Shown here in pieces: positions 32,740 through 41,550 of a stretch of DNA of 64,000 nucleotides. The number at the start of each line of letters is the position of its first letter. Position 1 is the stretch's first letter. This DNA is from an uncultured Bacteroidales bacterium (lineage in GTDB: Bacteria; Bacteroidota; Bacteroidia; Bacteroidales; Muribaculaceae), in assembly GCA_965143025.1 (NCBI GenBank), contig CBCSTG010000006.1, positions 24,475-88,474 on the forward strand, given 5' to 3'. Under the pieces are notes generated by a model, which searched no databases, had not been told where the DNA came from, and worked only from the letters and a program-made list of their open reading frames with translations. Position numbers and translations under genes: made by a program.

Positions 32740-32839
32740 AACGAAGCGTATAATTGTGGATGGTGCTGATTTTGATGAAAGTCTTTGATGCTGTGATTGT
32801 TATGAGCTGAATTGCAAGAGCGGAGAAAAAAACGAAATG

Positions 32840-32931
32840 TTTACATTGCTTTAATTTTGGTTTACATTCAGCCTCTATATGTTTACATGAGATTTACATG
32901 TCGGGCATAGTCGTCGAATAGGACTTTACAT
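32840..32931 (+). promoter_or_regulatory. Iteron-like array: five direct TTTACAT repeats at 21/21/11/32-bp spacing
   Basis: Copies at 32840, 32861, 32882, 32893 and 32925, all on one helical face. Confidence 0.5.
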
Positions 32932-33065
32932 CATCAGTCATGGAGGTCTGATGATGAATCAAAGTCTGCTTTGCGTTGATTTTTGTGGGTCGAATTTTAT
33001 AATGAATATATTAAAAGGTTGCAAATAGCGGTTATTTGTGTATATTTGTGGGAAAATTCACGACT

Positions 33066-33302
33066 ATGAGACAGACCAAAGTAGTGCACGTTCACCTTAC
33101 GGGCAAGCGTCGAGACCTATATTTCGGGTCGATAGCGGCCATTTTTACTGTTCTGACACCTCAAGAGGTCGGTTGCGGCTATGATTATTTGCGCCGTGGC
33201 GGCCTTAGCGGAGGCGGAACGGTCGTGACTAAACGCGCTATAATAAAGCAATCTACGCTAATCACATCCCCTCGTCGAGCCGGTGATGGCGCAGATGATT
33301 AA
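33066..33302 (+). CDS. Hypothetical small protein
   Basis: ORF 33036..33302 with a likely start at MRQTKVV; no recognised domain. Confidence 0.3.
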   Translation: MRQTKVVHVHLTGKRRDLYFGSIAAIFTVLTPQEVGCGYDYLRRGGLSGGGTVVTKRAIIKQSTLITSPRRAGDGADD

Positions 33303-33413
33303 ACGGCATAATAACGGCTTTAAAACAGCCATAAATAACTGTTTTAATACAGACCACCGGGGGAGCCTTGCGGCTCCCCTATTTTTATGCATAAAAAGTC
33401 AAATTATATAGGT

Positions 33414-33480
33414 GGGGTTACAGGTGGGGTTACAAACTGGGGTTACATTTTTCCAAAACTGGGGTTACACTTTTGGGGTA
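33414..33480 (+). promoter_or_regulatory. Mu-like prophage left-end (attL) repeat array: four full GGGGTTACA repeats plus a partial fifth at 12/13/22/14-bp spacing
   Basis: GTGGGGTTACAGGTGGGGTTACAAACTGGGGTTACATTTTTCCAAAACTGGGGTTACACTTTTGGGGTA lies about 270 bp beyond the 3' end of the leftward repressor gene, the position MuA-binding sites occupy in Mu. Confidence 0.5.
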
Positions 33481-33743
33481 TTTTGAGGGGTAGATAGAGG
33501 GGAGGAAAAATACCGTTTTTTCAAAATAGACCCCCGATTTTCGCATTTCACTATGAAGAAAAAACCATCGTGTTGTCACGATATACATTATTATATATGC
33601 GAAAATCAAGAAATTAGATGAATTTTCGACCTAAAAAGAGGGGTAACTCTTAAAAAAAACGGGAGAATTGGGGAACGCCCGGGGGCTCTTTGGTATGCAT
33701 TTGGATTAATTAGGGCATGCCCCGAGGTGCTCCCATATCTCAA

Positions 33744-34154
33744 TCAATCTACTGTGGATTGAGAAAGATCCTCCGGGACAGCGTGACAAGACCCCCTGAA
33801 AACGTTTTTTTCGTGCTCAAGCTGCGCGATGCGCTCCTTGAGACGACCAATCTCTTCTGCTTGAGCGACGATGCGTTCAAGATATTTATTTTCTCCATTT
33901 TCTGCGTTTTGGGAGATTAGATGAGGCTTGTTAGCGAGTGGAAGCGCTGGCACCCCTCTTCCTGTGATGAGCCAATCGATATTGATTTGTTCACAAAATG
34001 AAAACACAAGTGGGAGATCAATAGAATTGCGATTACGCCAATTAGAAAGCGTGGCCTTCTTGATGCCAAGAAAGTCAGCCAATTCTGTATCAGTTCCTAC
34101 TAATAAGGCAGTTTTTAGGCGATTTAAAATATCGTCCGAAGAAAAAGTTTTCAT
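33744..34154 (-). CDS. Phage CI-like repressor (bacteriophage CI repressor HTH domain family)
   Basis: 136 aa: DILNRLKTALLVGTDTELADFLGIKKATLSNWRNRNSIDLPLVFSFCEQINIDWLITG is the typical CI-repressor N-terminal HTH, followed by a coiled-coil C-terminus. Leftward orientation as for Mu c. Confidence 0.7.
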   Translation of the reverse strand: MKTFSSDDILNRLKTALLVGTDTELADFLGIKKATLSNWRNRNSIDLPLVFSFCEQINIDWLITGRGVPALPLANKPHLISQNAENGENKYLERIVAQAEEIGRLKERIAQLEHEKNVFRGSCHAVPEDLSQSTVD

Positions 34155-34183
34155 TTTGTGTATTTTGTCGTCTTAAAATTTTG

Positions 34184-34204
34184 TAGTTCACAAAATGTGT
34201 ACTA
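34184..34204. promoter_or_regulatory. Candidate operator palindrome between the divergent repressor and early genes
   Basis: TAGTTCACAaaaTGTGTACTA, a 9-bp inverted repeat with one mismatch. Confidence 0.35.
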
Positions 34205-34224
34205 TATTTGCAGCACATTCAGCA

Positions 34225-34491
34225 ATGAACGAGCGGTCAAATATACAAAAAAGCCGTGAGTTTATAAAATTTAAGATTATGAGCGACATAGATGAAATCA
34301 AAGTATGGCACACGCACAGCGTCAAACACAAAGTAGCATACTTGTTGATGATGGACGGCGTTTCGTTCAGCTTTAACGAAATAGACGGCATCGTATTCAC
34401 AGCCCCTGAAATCTACGTAAAAAGACTTATAAACAGACTGATTACAGCCTATGGCTGTTCGAAAAGACCGATTATAAACGAAGTAAAATAG
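34225..34491 (+). CDS. Early-region small protein in the Ner position (function unassigned)
   Basis: First rightward gene, divergent from the repressor; no clear HTH recognised. Confidence 0.35.
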   Translation: MNERSNIQKSREFIKFKIMSDIDEIKVWHTHSVKHKVAYLLMMDGVSFSFNEIDGIVFTAPEIYVKRLINRLITAYGCSKRPIINEVK

Positions 34492-34497
34492 TAAACA

Positions 34498-34827
34498 ATG
34501 AGAATAATATCAGAAATCGAAACAGACATCTGCGTTGCAAAACGCAAGATTGACAAGGCTCACACTTCATCAGAACTGACAACCGCCATTAATGAACTCA
34601 GCCATCTGAATTTCGAGCTTAGTCAAGCAGAACGATTCATGGCAACCGGTAAAGAAAACGCCGAGCACATGGCACTTGAGGAAATCCGCCAATGGACAAC
34701 CGGGAGTCATGCCCATTTGTCGCAAGCACCCGGCTACGCCCGAGGCTACAAAGACGGAATTGGTCAGGCTAAAGAAATAGTATCAGATATAATCTCGAGA
34801 TATCTCAGAGATGGCAAACAAAGTTAA
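34498..34827 (+). CDS. Hypothetical phage early protein
   Basis: 109-aa ORF in the early operon. Confidence 0.4.
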   Translation: MRIISEIETDICVAKRKIDKAHTSSELTTAINELSHLNFELSQAERFMATGKENAEHMALEEIRQWTTGSHAHLSQAPGYARGYKDGIGQAKEIVSDIISRYLRDGKQS

Positions 34828-34926
34828 GCCCAAGAGAGGGTAAACCGTCGTCGTGAGACGAGAATTGATTTATAGTGAAATTTATGAACAAAGCCGCCGG
34901 TGTGGTTGCAAGCCCGGCGGCAAAAC

Positions 34927-34997
34927 GAGAGGATAGCTTAAATGGTAGAGTATCCGGCTATTGACCGGGGATGCAGGTTCGAATCCTGCTCCTCTCA
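34927..34997 (+). tRNA. tRNA-like gene with non-canonical anticodon ATT (71 nt); possible pseudo-tRNA or unusual tRNA
   Basis: GAGAGGATAGCTTAAATGGTAGAGTATCCGGCTATTGACCGGGGATGCAGGTTCGAATCCTGCTCCTCTCA has a perfect 7-bp acceptor stem, a GTTCGAATC T-loop, and an anticodon stem TCCGG/CCGGG with loop CTATTGA. Confidence 0.55.
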
Positions 34998-35013
34998 CTA
35001 AATATCAGAAAAG

Positions 35014-35235
35014 ATGAAACAACATTCAGAACAAAAGACCGAACAGGCAGTCTGCCTGTTGCTGCAGACAATAGAGCGCAATCTACAGGACATCGGGACC
35101 ATCCTCAATGAGTATGAGGCGACTCACGATGACAGTGAGTGCGGACAGTCAAGACAGTATGCAGCTCTGACAGCCGGCCAGTTTGCATTAGAAGAGGCAA
35201 AATACAAAATCAATTATCAATTAAATAAAAAGTGA
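35014..35235 (+). CDS. Hypothetical phage early protein
   Basis: 73-aa ORF. Confidence 0.35.
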   Translation: MKQHSEQKTEQAVCLLLQTIERNLQDIGTILNEYEATHDDSECGQSRQYAALTAGQFALEEAKYKINYQLNKK

Positions 35236-35239
35236 GATT

Positions 35240-35563
35240 ATGACAAGCCCATTTAAATACCTGAAGACTCGTTTATTCGGACATCACAATGACATTGATC
35301 CGAGGCAAACAGCAGACTTACAGAAACTGCTATCTGAGATAGATGAACAATTGAGCGAAATCTATGACAAGCTCGCAAAAGTTGAACGTCAACTCCTTCG
35401 AGTTCAAAACCTCTTGTCTCAGACTCCTCGTCCGGGCAAAAGTAGAAAGGAACAACCTTCGTCTCACACCCAAGGTATTGGAAGATTTTACAGACGGTCT
35501 CCGCAAGTCCACGAAGATCTTTCGTGTAGTGCTTATGCACAGGCAGTTTTGGACGAATTATAA
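35240..35563 (+). CDS. Hypothetical coiled-coil early protein
   Basis: 107-aa ORF. Confidence 0.35.
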   Translation: MTSPFKYLKTRLFGHHNDIDPRQTADLQKLLSEIDEQLSEIYDKLAKVERQLLRVQNLLSQTPRPGKSRKEQPSSHTQGIGRFYRRSPQVHEDLSCSAYAQAVLDEL

Positions 35564-35642
35564 TTGATGCCGAGAATTTATACATAATTGTTCAGTTGTG
35601 AATGATAGACAAAGATAACAACTAAAAACCAACAAACAAAAA

Positions 35643-36008
35643 ATGAAAAAGAACATTGCGGTTTCAAAAGAGGTCCGAGAGGAAATCGCCAAGATTTTCA
35701 AAGTTACCGAACGCCACGTGTTCAATGCACTCAACCTCAACTATCCCGAAACGGATATCGTTAAGAAAATCCGTTTCGCTGCCAAACAGAATGGCGGAGT
35801 GCTTATGGCGACCATCCCTTCAGGGGAAATGATTCACTTCGCGGACGGCACTCTGAGAGCCGACTTCGACAACGGAGCAATCCTTGAATTCTACCGCAAC
35901 GACGGGACCGGCCATATCTTCCACAATGGAAAAGAGGTTGCAGTCTATGAGAACGTGAGCCTTCCCATGATATTCGAAATCAAAGAACTGGCAGCAGCCT
36001 TACGATAA
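35643..36008 (+). CDS. Hypothetical phage early protein
   Basis: 121 aa, 3 nt upstream of the transposase gene. Confidence 0.45.
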   Translation: MKKNIAVSKEVREEIAKIFKVTERHVFNALNLNYPETDIVKKIRFAAKQNGGVLMATIPSGEMIHFADGTLRADFDNGAILEFYRNDGTGHIFHNGKEVAVYENVSLPMIFEIKELAAALR

Positions 36009-36011
36009 AAA

Positions 36012-38015
36012 ATGGAATACTACGGTGACAGATTCTGCATCTCTATGCGCGAACTTGTAGACGGCGGCATAATGTCAGAGCCGAACTATAAGCAGCTCGC
36101 CTCACGTGGCCGCTTTGATGTGGTACGCAGAGGCGGAGGCGCGACAGGATGTTATGCGCTCGTTGCCGTTGACAGTCTGCCCCAACGATATAAAGAGAAA
36201 GTCGAGGAAGTCTTTCCCGGCGGCGCACAGGCACGGTTAGAGGGCTGGATAAAAAGCAACTACTCGGTCGACCAAGCTGCCACAGCCTATTTCTTTTCCA
36301 AAGAAAAGTGCGGCATGGACCTGCCACGCGAGAAGGCACAGGAATATATCACGAATGCCTCTGTGCTCAACACCTGCATCAAGTTGCATGACAGAGCAGC
36401 CACTGCTCAGAAACTATTCGGGAGCAAGTATGACTGGAGCATGATGACTGTTACTATCGAGACTCTGCGCAAGCACTTCGGCCACACACTGCCGGCATCG
36501 ACCCTGCGGTTTCGCAAAAAAGTCAATGAATACAAGGCCAACGGATATGCCTCTCTTATAAGCGGCAAATTCGGAAATCAGTGCGCCCGAAAAGTCGACT
36601 ACAAGATCGAGCGGTTGTTGCGTGGCCTCGCGATTCTTCCTAACAAGCCGTGGAATACCAATGTCCTCGAACTATACAACTCATTCGTTACCGGCGAGCT
36701 TGAGGTCTATGACCCGCAAACCGGCGAACTGTTCAACCCCGACGATTTTACAGACAAGAACGGAGAGCCGATAGTTCTGAGCGAAGCAACCATCTGCAAT
36801 TATCTCAATAAGCCGAAAAACAAGATGCTTATCGATAAGGCGCTCATGAGTTATACTACGTTCTCGCATGAAGTAGCACCTCACATGCATCGTCATCACG
36901 GCGAGTTCTCACTGTCGAAAGTATCGTTTGATGACCGCGACCTGCCGCGCAAGCTAAAGGACAGCAAACAAAGGCCGAAAGCTTACTACGCTTATGACGT
37001 GACGAGCGGCTGCTGCATCGGCTACGCCTATAACCGAGTCAAGAATGTCGACCTCGTCGTAGATATGTTCCGCAATATGTTCAGACTGCTCGACCGTCAG
37101 GGCTGGGGCTGTCCGGCAGAGGTCGAGGTCGAGAATCACCTTATGAGCCAATGGCGAGACTCCTTCCTCCGCGCCGGAGTCATGTTCCCTTTCGTTCGTT
37201 TCTGCGCGCCAATGAATTCTAAAGAAAAGTATGCCGAAAGTGCAAACGGCGTAAAAAAACGGACTATTGAGCATTACAACCACATCGGTATTGGAAGATT
37301 CTATGCAAAAAGACGACAGTACCGGACAGAAAGCATCAAGATTTTCGACGAGTTCAACAACACCTACGTCGAGAAGGAATACTACACTTGGAATGAGTTG
37401 ATCGCTGACGACATGCGTGACATCTATGAATATAACCATGCCCTGCATCCCAATCAGAAAAAGTATAAAGGCATGACCAGATGGGACGTGCTTGTGGCCA
37501 ACATCAACCCGACTCTACAGCCCCTCGACAAAGCGACCATCGCCCGGTATGTCGGCGAGAGAGTCAGCACCACAATCAGGCGGAACTCATACTGCCGGGT
37601 GGCCGGTGTGGACTGGTGGTTGAGCAAGACCGAAGCCATCGAGCTACTTGCCCCGAATGACTATAAAGTAGAGGCTTATTACCTCACCGACGAGGGAGGT
37701 AAAATCACCGATATGTTCATCTACCAAGGTGACATGTATATTGACCGCCTCGAAAATATCGGAACATATAACACTGCCCGTGCCGAGCAGACCGAGGATG
37801 ACGAAAGAATCTTCATGGAGCAGCGAAAAAAGATCAGCCACTTCAACAAATATGTCGAAGAAAATGCCATCGGGCGTGTGGGCGTAATAGAGCGCGATAC
37901 ACGGTCTCAGACAATCGAGATTGAAGAAGTTGTCGTCCCGGAGCCGGAAACGCGAGAAACGCAAAAATATAACTTAAGCGAAGACTATGCAGTCAGAGGA
38001 TTTCATGACTTGTAG
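36012..38015 (+). CDS. MuA-like DDE transposase (rve-type integrase core)
   Basis: 667 aa, in the position and of the size of Mu A. The central region has DDE-like residues (AYDVTSG...VDLVVD...EVENH) and is followed by the B-like ATPase. Confidence 0.65.
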   Translation: MEYYGDRFCISMRELVDGGIMSEPNYKQLASRGRFDVVRRGGGATGCYALVAVDSLPQRYKEKVEEVFPGGAQARLEGWIKSNYSVDQAATAYFFSKEKCGMDLPREKAQEYITNASVLNTCIKLHDRAATAQKLFGSKYDWSMMTVTIETLRKHFGHTLPASTLRFRKKVNEYKANGYASLISGKFGNQCARKVDYKIERLLRGLAILPNKPWNTNVLELYNSFVTGELEVYDPQTGELFNPDDFTDKNGEPIVLSEATICNYLNKPKNKMLIDKALMSYTTFSHEVAPHMHRHHGEFSLSKVSFDDRDLPRKLKDSKQRPKAYYAYDVTSGCCIGYAYNRVKNVDLVVDMFRNMFRLLDRQGWGCPAEVEVENHLMSQWRDSFLRAGVMFPFVRFCAPMNSKEKYAESANGVKKRTIEHYNHIGIGRFYAKRRQYRTESIKIFDEFNNTYVEKEYYTWNELIADDMRDIYEYNHALHPNQKKYKGMTRWDVLVANINPTLQPLDKATIARYVGERVSTTIRRNSYCRVAGVDWWLSKTEAIELLAPNDYKVEAYYLTDEGGKITDMFIYQGDMYIDRLENIGTYNTARAEQTEDDERIFMEQRKKISHFNKYVEENAIGRVGVIERDTRSQTIEIEEVVVPEPETRETQKYNLSEDYAVRGFHDL

Positions 38016-38040
38016 AGCGATATTATAACACTGTTAGAAT

Positions 38041-38913
38041 ATGATTACAACAGACATTAAAAACAAAATTCTGGCCGCCGTCAAGGCAAACCGCGCCAAT
38101 TATCCGAGCGATGCGAAACACGCCGCTTCCCTCGGCATTACTACCTCAGTCTACAGTGCAGTCAAGAACGGCCAGACCGACCGTGTGTTGAGCGACGCCA
38201 ACTGGATCAGCATCGCACGTAAGCTCGGAGTCAGTCTTCGGGGTGAGATTGAGTGGAAAATTGCCAAAACACCGACGTATCAGTTCATCACGGCCCAGTT
38301 GGAGACATGTCAGTCGAGTGGTATCAGCGCTATCATGTGTGACCTGCCTAATATCGGCAAGACATTCACGGCTCGTCACTACGTTAAGACGCATGCAAAT
38401 GCTGTCTATGTCGACTGCTCGCAGGTCAAAACCAAACTTAAGCTCGTGCGCAAGATAGCCAACGAATTTGGTGTTGACAGCAAAGGTCGTTATGCTGATG
38501 TGTATGATGATTTAGTTTATTACCTGCGCTCGATTGACAGGCCGGTTATCATATTGGATGAGGCCGGAGACCTTCAGTATGAGGCCTTCCTCGAACTCAA
38601 GGCTTTGTGGAACGCTACCGAGCGATGCTGCGCATGGTATATGATGGGAGCTGACGGACTCAAGGAGAAAATCAACCGTTCCATCGAGTGCAAGAAGGTC
38701 GGCTACACTGAGATGCTAAGCCGATATGGCGACCGCTACAGCAAGGTTACGCCTGACGACAGTAAGGAACGCACAAAGTTTCTAATTGAACAGGCGCGGA
38801 TTGTAGCCAAACTCAATGCGCCTGAAGGCATCGATGCCGGGGAGATTGCCCGGAAGACGGCCGGCGGACTTCGCCGAGTTTATACCGAAATCGAAAAACT
38901 TAAAAGACAGTAA
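38041..38913 (+). CDS. MuB-like transposition ATPase (AAA)
   Basis: 290 aa; Walker A LPNIGKTF and Walker B ILDEAGD; the N-terminal DNA-binding region resembles Mu B. Confidence 0.6.
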   Translation: MITTDIKNKILAAVKANRANYPSDAKHAASLGITTSVYSAVKNGQTDRVLSDANWISIARKLGVSLRGEIEWKIAKTPTYQFITAQLETCQSSGISAIMCDLPNIGKTFTARHYVKTHANAVYVDCSQVKTKLKLVRKIANEFGVDSKGRYADVYDDLVYYLRSIDRPVIILDEAGDLQYEAFLELKALWNATERCCAWYMMGADGLKEKINRSIECKKVGYTEMLSRYGDRYSKVTPDDSKERTKFLIEQARIVAKLNAPEGIDAGEIARKTAGGLRRVYTEIEKLKRQ

Positions 38914-38915
38914 CC

Positions 38916-39542
38916 GTGGCCAAGCGAGCATATAGTCCGAAAGAGGTACTTGCCAAGACCTACAAGACCTTGCCGTGGGGTGAACGGTGGAGCCGACCAT
39001 TCGGTTTTCCGACGGTCAATGAGGTATGGTTTATTTGGGGAGACACCGGCTCCGGCAAGAGCAGCTTTGTTATGCAGCTCGCCAAAGAACTCTGCAACTA
39101 TGGCATGACACTCTATTGTTCTTATGAAGAAGGTGTGAGCCAATCGTTCAAGGAGCGTGTCGAGCGATTCAAGATGGGCGAAGTGCAAGGTCGGTTTCGT
39201 GTCGCCACGAGCGACACCTATGATGAGCTTGTAGAACGTCTTGCCAAACCGAAAAGTCCGCACTTTGTGATAGTGGACAGCTTTCAAGTTGCCGAATGGA
39301 CTTACGAACAGGCGAAGGGACTGATAGAACGTTTTCCGGCAAAGAGTTTCATCTTCATATCGCAAGAACATAAAGGCCAACCAATGGGTAAACCCGCCGT
39401 CCGCCTCCGTTATATTGCAGGCCTTAAAGTCCGAGTGGTAGGCTATAAGGCAATTTGCAAAGGACGATTCACCGAAGATCCCGGCAGCTACTTTGTGGTA
39501 TGGGAAGAAGGTATAATACGAACAACAAACAAAATCGGATAA
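38916..39542 (+). CDS. RecA-superfamily (KaiC/DnaB-C-like, AAA_25-type) P-loop ATPase
   Basis: Walker A GDTGSGKSS, SYEE, Walker B VIVDS; 208 aa. Confidence 0.5.
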   Translation: MAKRAYSPKEVLAKTYKTLPWGERWSRPFGFPTVNEVWFIWGDTGSGKSSFVMQLAKELCNYGMTLYCSYEEGVSQSFKERVERFKMGEVQGRFRVATSDTYDELVERLAKPKSPHFVIVDSFQVAEWTYEQAKGLIERFPAKSFIFISQEHKGQPMGKPAVRLRYIAGLKVRVVGYKAICKGRFTEDPGSYFVVWEEGIIRTTNKIG

Positions 39543-39658
39543 AATTATGGTACAGAAAATCAAACAACAGTTTATGAAAGTGTATAACAAATTGTTCCGC
39601 AAGAAAACTCGCGGAACAATTAGAAGAATGGAATTTTATTCCACCTGCAAAATTTCGT

Positions 39659-39934
39659 TTAAAGGGAATCCGAAATATAATTCGGGTTATTGAGCAGGAC
39701 AGGAAGGGCAATTTGCTGAATGCAACCACAGTTTTTACATACAATAGTCGCGCATGGAATAAAATTATGCTCTTTAGTAAAATCAACCCCCATTCTATTG
39801 CGCTCAAAGCCCAAATGTTGGAACTCTTCACTTTCAAAAGTGAAACCGGCAAGTTTGCCACAAAGCGGGCAAGGTCTTGCCCCAATTTTCTTCTCAAAAG
39901 CATTAATTAGCTCTGATTTGTGTTTAATTTCCAT
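39659..39934 (-). CDS. Small zinc-ribbon protein (CxxC...CxxCxC) on the opposite strand within the early region
   Basis: CPLCG and CKNCGC motifs; 91 aa. Confidence 0.4.
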   Translation of the reverse strand: MEIKHKSELINAFEKKIGARPCPLCGKLAGFTFESEEFQHLGFERNRMGVDFTKEHNFIPCATIVCKNCGCIQQIALPVLLNNPNYISDSL

Positions 39935-40092
39935 ACTGAATTATTTTAAAATTAGACAACACAAATATAACAATAACAGTCGGGAGCAACAACTAATTCC
40001 ATATTGAATTTAAAATTAGACACCTTTTGGCTTCCGGCTGTTTTTTCCAAAAACGTCATGACTCTCCAATAATACTAAAATGAAATGAATCT

Positions 40093-40581
40093 ATGGCACA
40101 GCAAGTAACTAACTTCGGCAGATTCTACTCCGCTTTCCACAAGCTCACCATCCATGGCGAGCCGGATGAGACAAAACGGCAGCTCGTGTCACAGTACACC
40201 GCCGGACGCACCGACTCACTCAAGGAGATGACCCGAAATGAATATACCGATCTCTGCATCGCCATCGAGGGGATGAGCGGCACGAGGGATGAGCTCAAGC
40301 GTCGCCGCAGCATCGCACTCAAGTTGATGCAGGAACTTGAGGTTGATACAACCGACTGGGCACAGGTAAACGACTTCTGTCGTCACCCAAGAATAGTCGG
40401 CAAAGCCTTCGGGCAGCTCTCGATAGAGGAACTGATGGAACTTGCCACCAAGCTACGCTCCATAAAGCGCAAGGGATGGCAACGCAAGAAGTCAGAATCG
40501 GCGCGAGTCCCGGAAACCCCACAGCAACGCATAACATATCTCATAAACCTTGCCGCTCCCGGCATGACAAGCTACAACTGA
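40093..40581 (+). CDS. GemA-like (DUF1018, Mu gp16 family) protein, tentative
   Basis: The ETKRQLVSQYTAGRTDSLKEMTRNEYTDLCIAIEG pattern resembles the DUF1018 core; 162 aa. Confidence 0.35.
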   Translation: MAQQVTNFGRFYSAFHKLTIHGEPDETKRQLVSQYTAGRTDSLKEMTRNEYTDLCIAIEGMSGTRDELKRRRSIALKLMQELEVDTTDWAQVNDFCRHPRIVGKAFGQLSIEELMELATKLRSIKRKGWQRKKSESARVPETPQQRITYLINLAAPGMTSYN

Positions 40582-40613
40582 AACGAAAAATATCACCCTT
40601 TAAAATCATAATT

Positions 40614-41267
40614 ATGGAACATGTTCAAATGACCGCCGAAGAGCGGCAAGAGTACGAGGCCTTCAAGGCCGAACGCGAGAAAAAACGCCGTGAGCAAGAA
40701 CGCAAACAGATGCGTCAGGACTATTCGGCAATGGTCGACGACGAAATCGCTACCACCATTCCTCAGCTCAAGGAACTCAGCGAGCAGATGAAAGTGATAA
40801 AAGAAACTGTATTCGGCAATTTTGATACCATCCTCAAGATGAAATCCGAAATTACAGGTATCGCCAGTGACATGCAGAACAGCCACACTTTCACAAACTC
40901 TGACAGTACGCTGCGCCTGATTCTCGGTGTAAACACAATCGACGGTTACCGTGACACGGTCGAGGACGGTATTGCTATGGTAAAAGGCTACATCGAGAGT
41001 CTTGCCAAGGACGATGCGACCAAGTCGCTTGTCAATGCGGTCTTGAGACTGTTGAGCCGTGACGGACAGGGCAACATCAAGGCAAGCCGAGTCCTTCAGC
41101 TTCGCAAAATGGCCGAAGACAGCGGTGACGAACAGTTCCTCGAGGGCGTTCGTATCATCGAGGAGTCATATCAGCCAACTGTCAGCAAGAAGTTCATCAG
41201 GGCACAGTATAAAAATGGAAAAGGTGCATGGGTATACATCCCCCTCGGCATGACCGATGTAGACTGA
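40614..41267 (+). CDS. Hypothetical phage protein (possibly DUF3164-like)
   Basis: Start at the internal MEHVQMTAEE; 217 aa. Confidence 0.35.
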   Translation: MEHVQMTAEERQEYEAFKAEREKKRREQERKQMRQDYSAMVDDEIATTIPQLKELSEQMKVIKETVFGNFDTILKMKSEITGIASDMQNSHTFTNSDSTLRLILGVNTIDGYRDTVEDGIAMVKGYIESLAKDDATKSLVNAVLRLLSRDGQGNIKASRVLQLRKMAEDSGDEQFLEGVRIIEESYQPTVSKKFIRAQYKNGKGAWVYIPLGMTDVD

Positions 41268-41296
41268 CAAATTAACACTTAAAATCAACGCAGACA

Positions 41297-41548
41297 ATGG
41301 CAAAAAAACGCGGCCTGTCATACAAAAAGCGTGTCGCAGAGATAAACCGGATATATGATCGATATGCCAAAAGCGGATTAAGCAACCGCGAAATCTGGCG
41401 ACGATATATCTACCCTGTCTATTGCATCAGCGAACGCACATTCTACAACATCATGAACGCCACGGCAAGGTTTGAAACCCCTGTCGTGGCGTCAGACATG
41501 CCGAGTCTTTTTGACACATTGCCGGACGAAACAACACAAAATCGTTAA
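41297..41548 (+). CDS. Small HTH-like phage protein
   Basis: 83 aa; GLSNREIWRRY resembles an HTH. Confidence 0.35.
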   Translation: MAKKRGLSYKKRVAEINRIYDRYAKSGLSNREIWRRYIYPVYCISERTFYNIMNATARFETPVVASDMPSLFDTLPDETTQNR

Positions 41549-41550
41549 CC

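Noticed and set aside
28903-33390. Integrative element inserted at the tRNA-Phe 3' end
   Set aside because: No integrase or recombinase and no duplicated tRNA 3' segment were found downstream, so only a GC-deviant islet is reported, not a defined integrative element.
33414-33480. Possible CRISPR array (regular short repeats)
   Set aside because: The repeats are only 9 bp, with irregular 3-13 bp gaps and no unique spacers. The same holds for the TTTACAT array. No cas genes are in the window.
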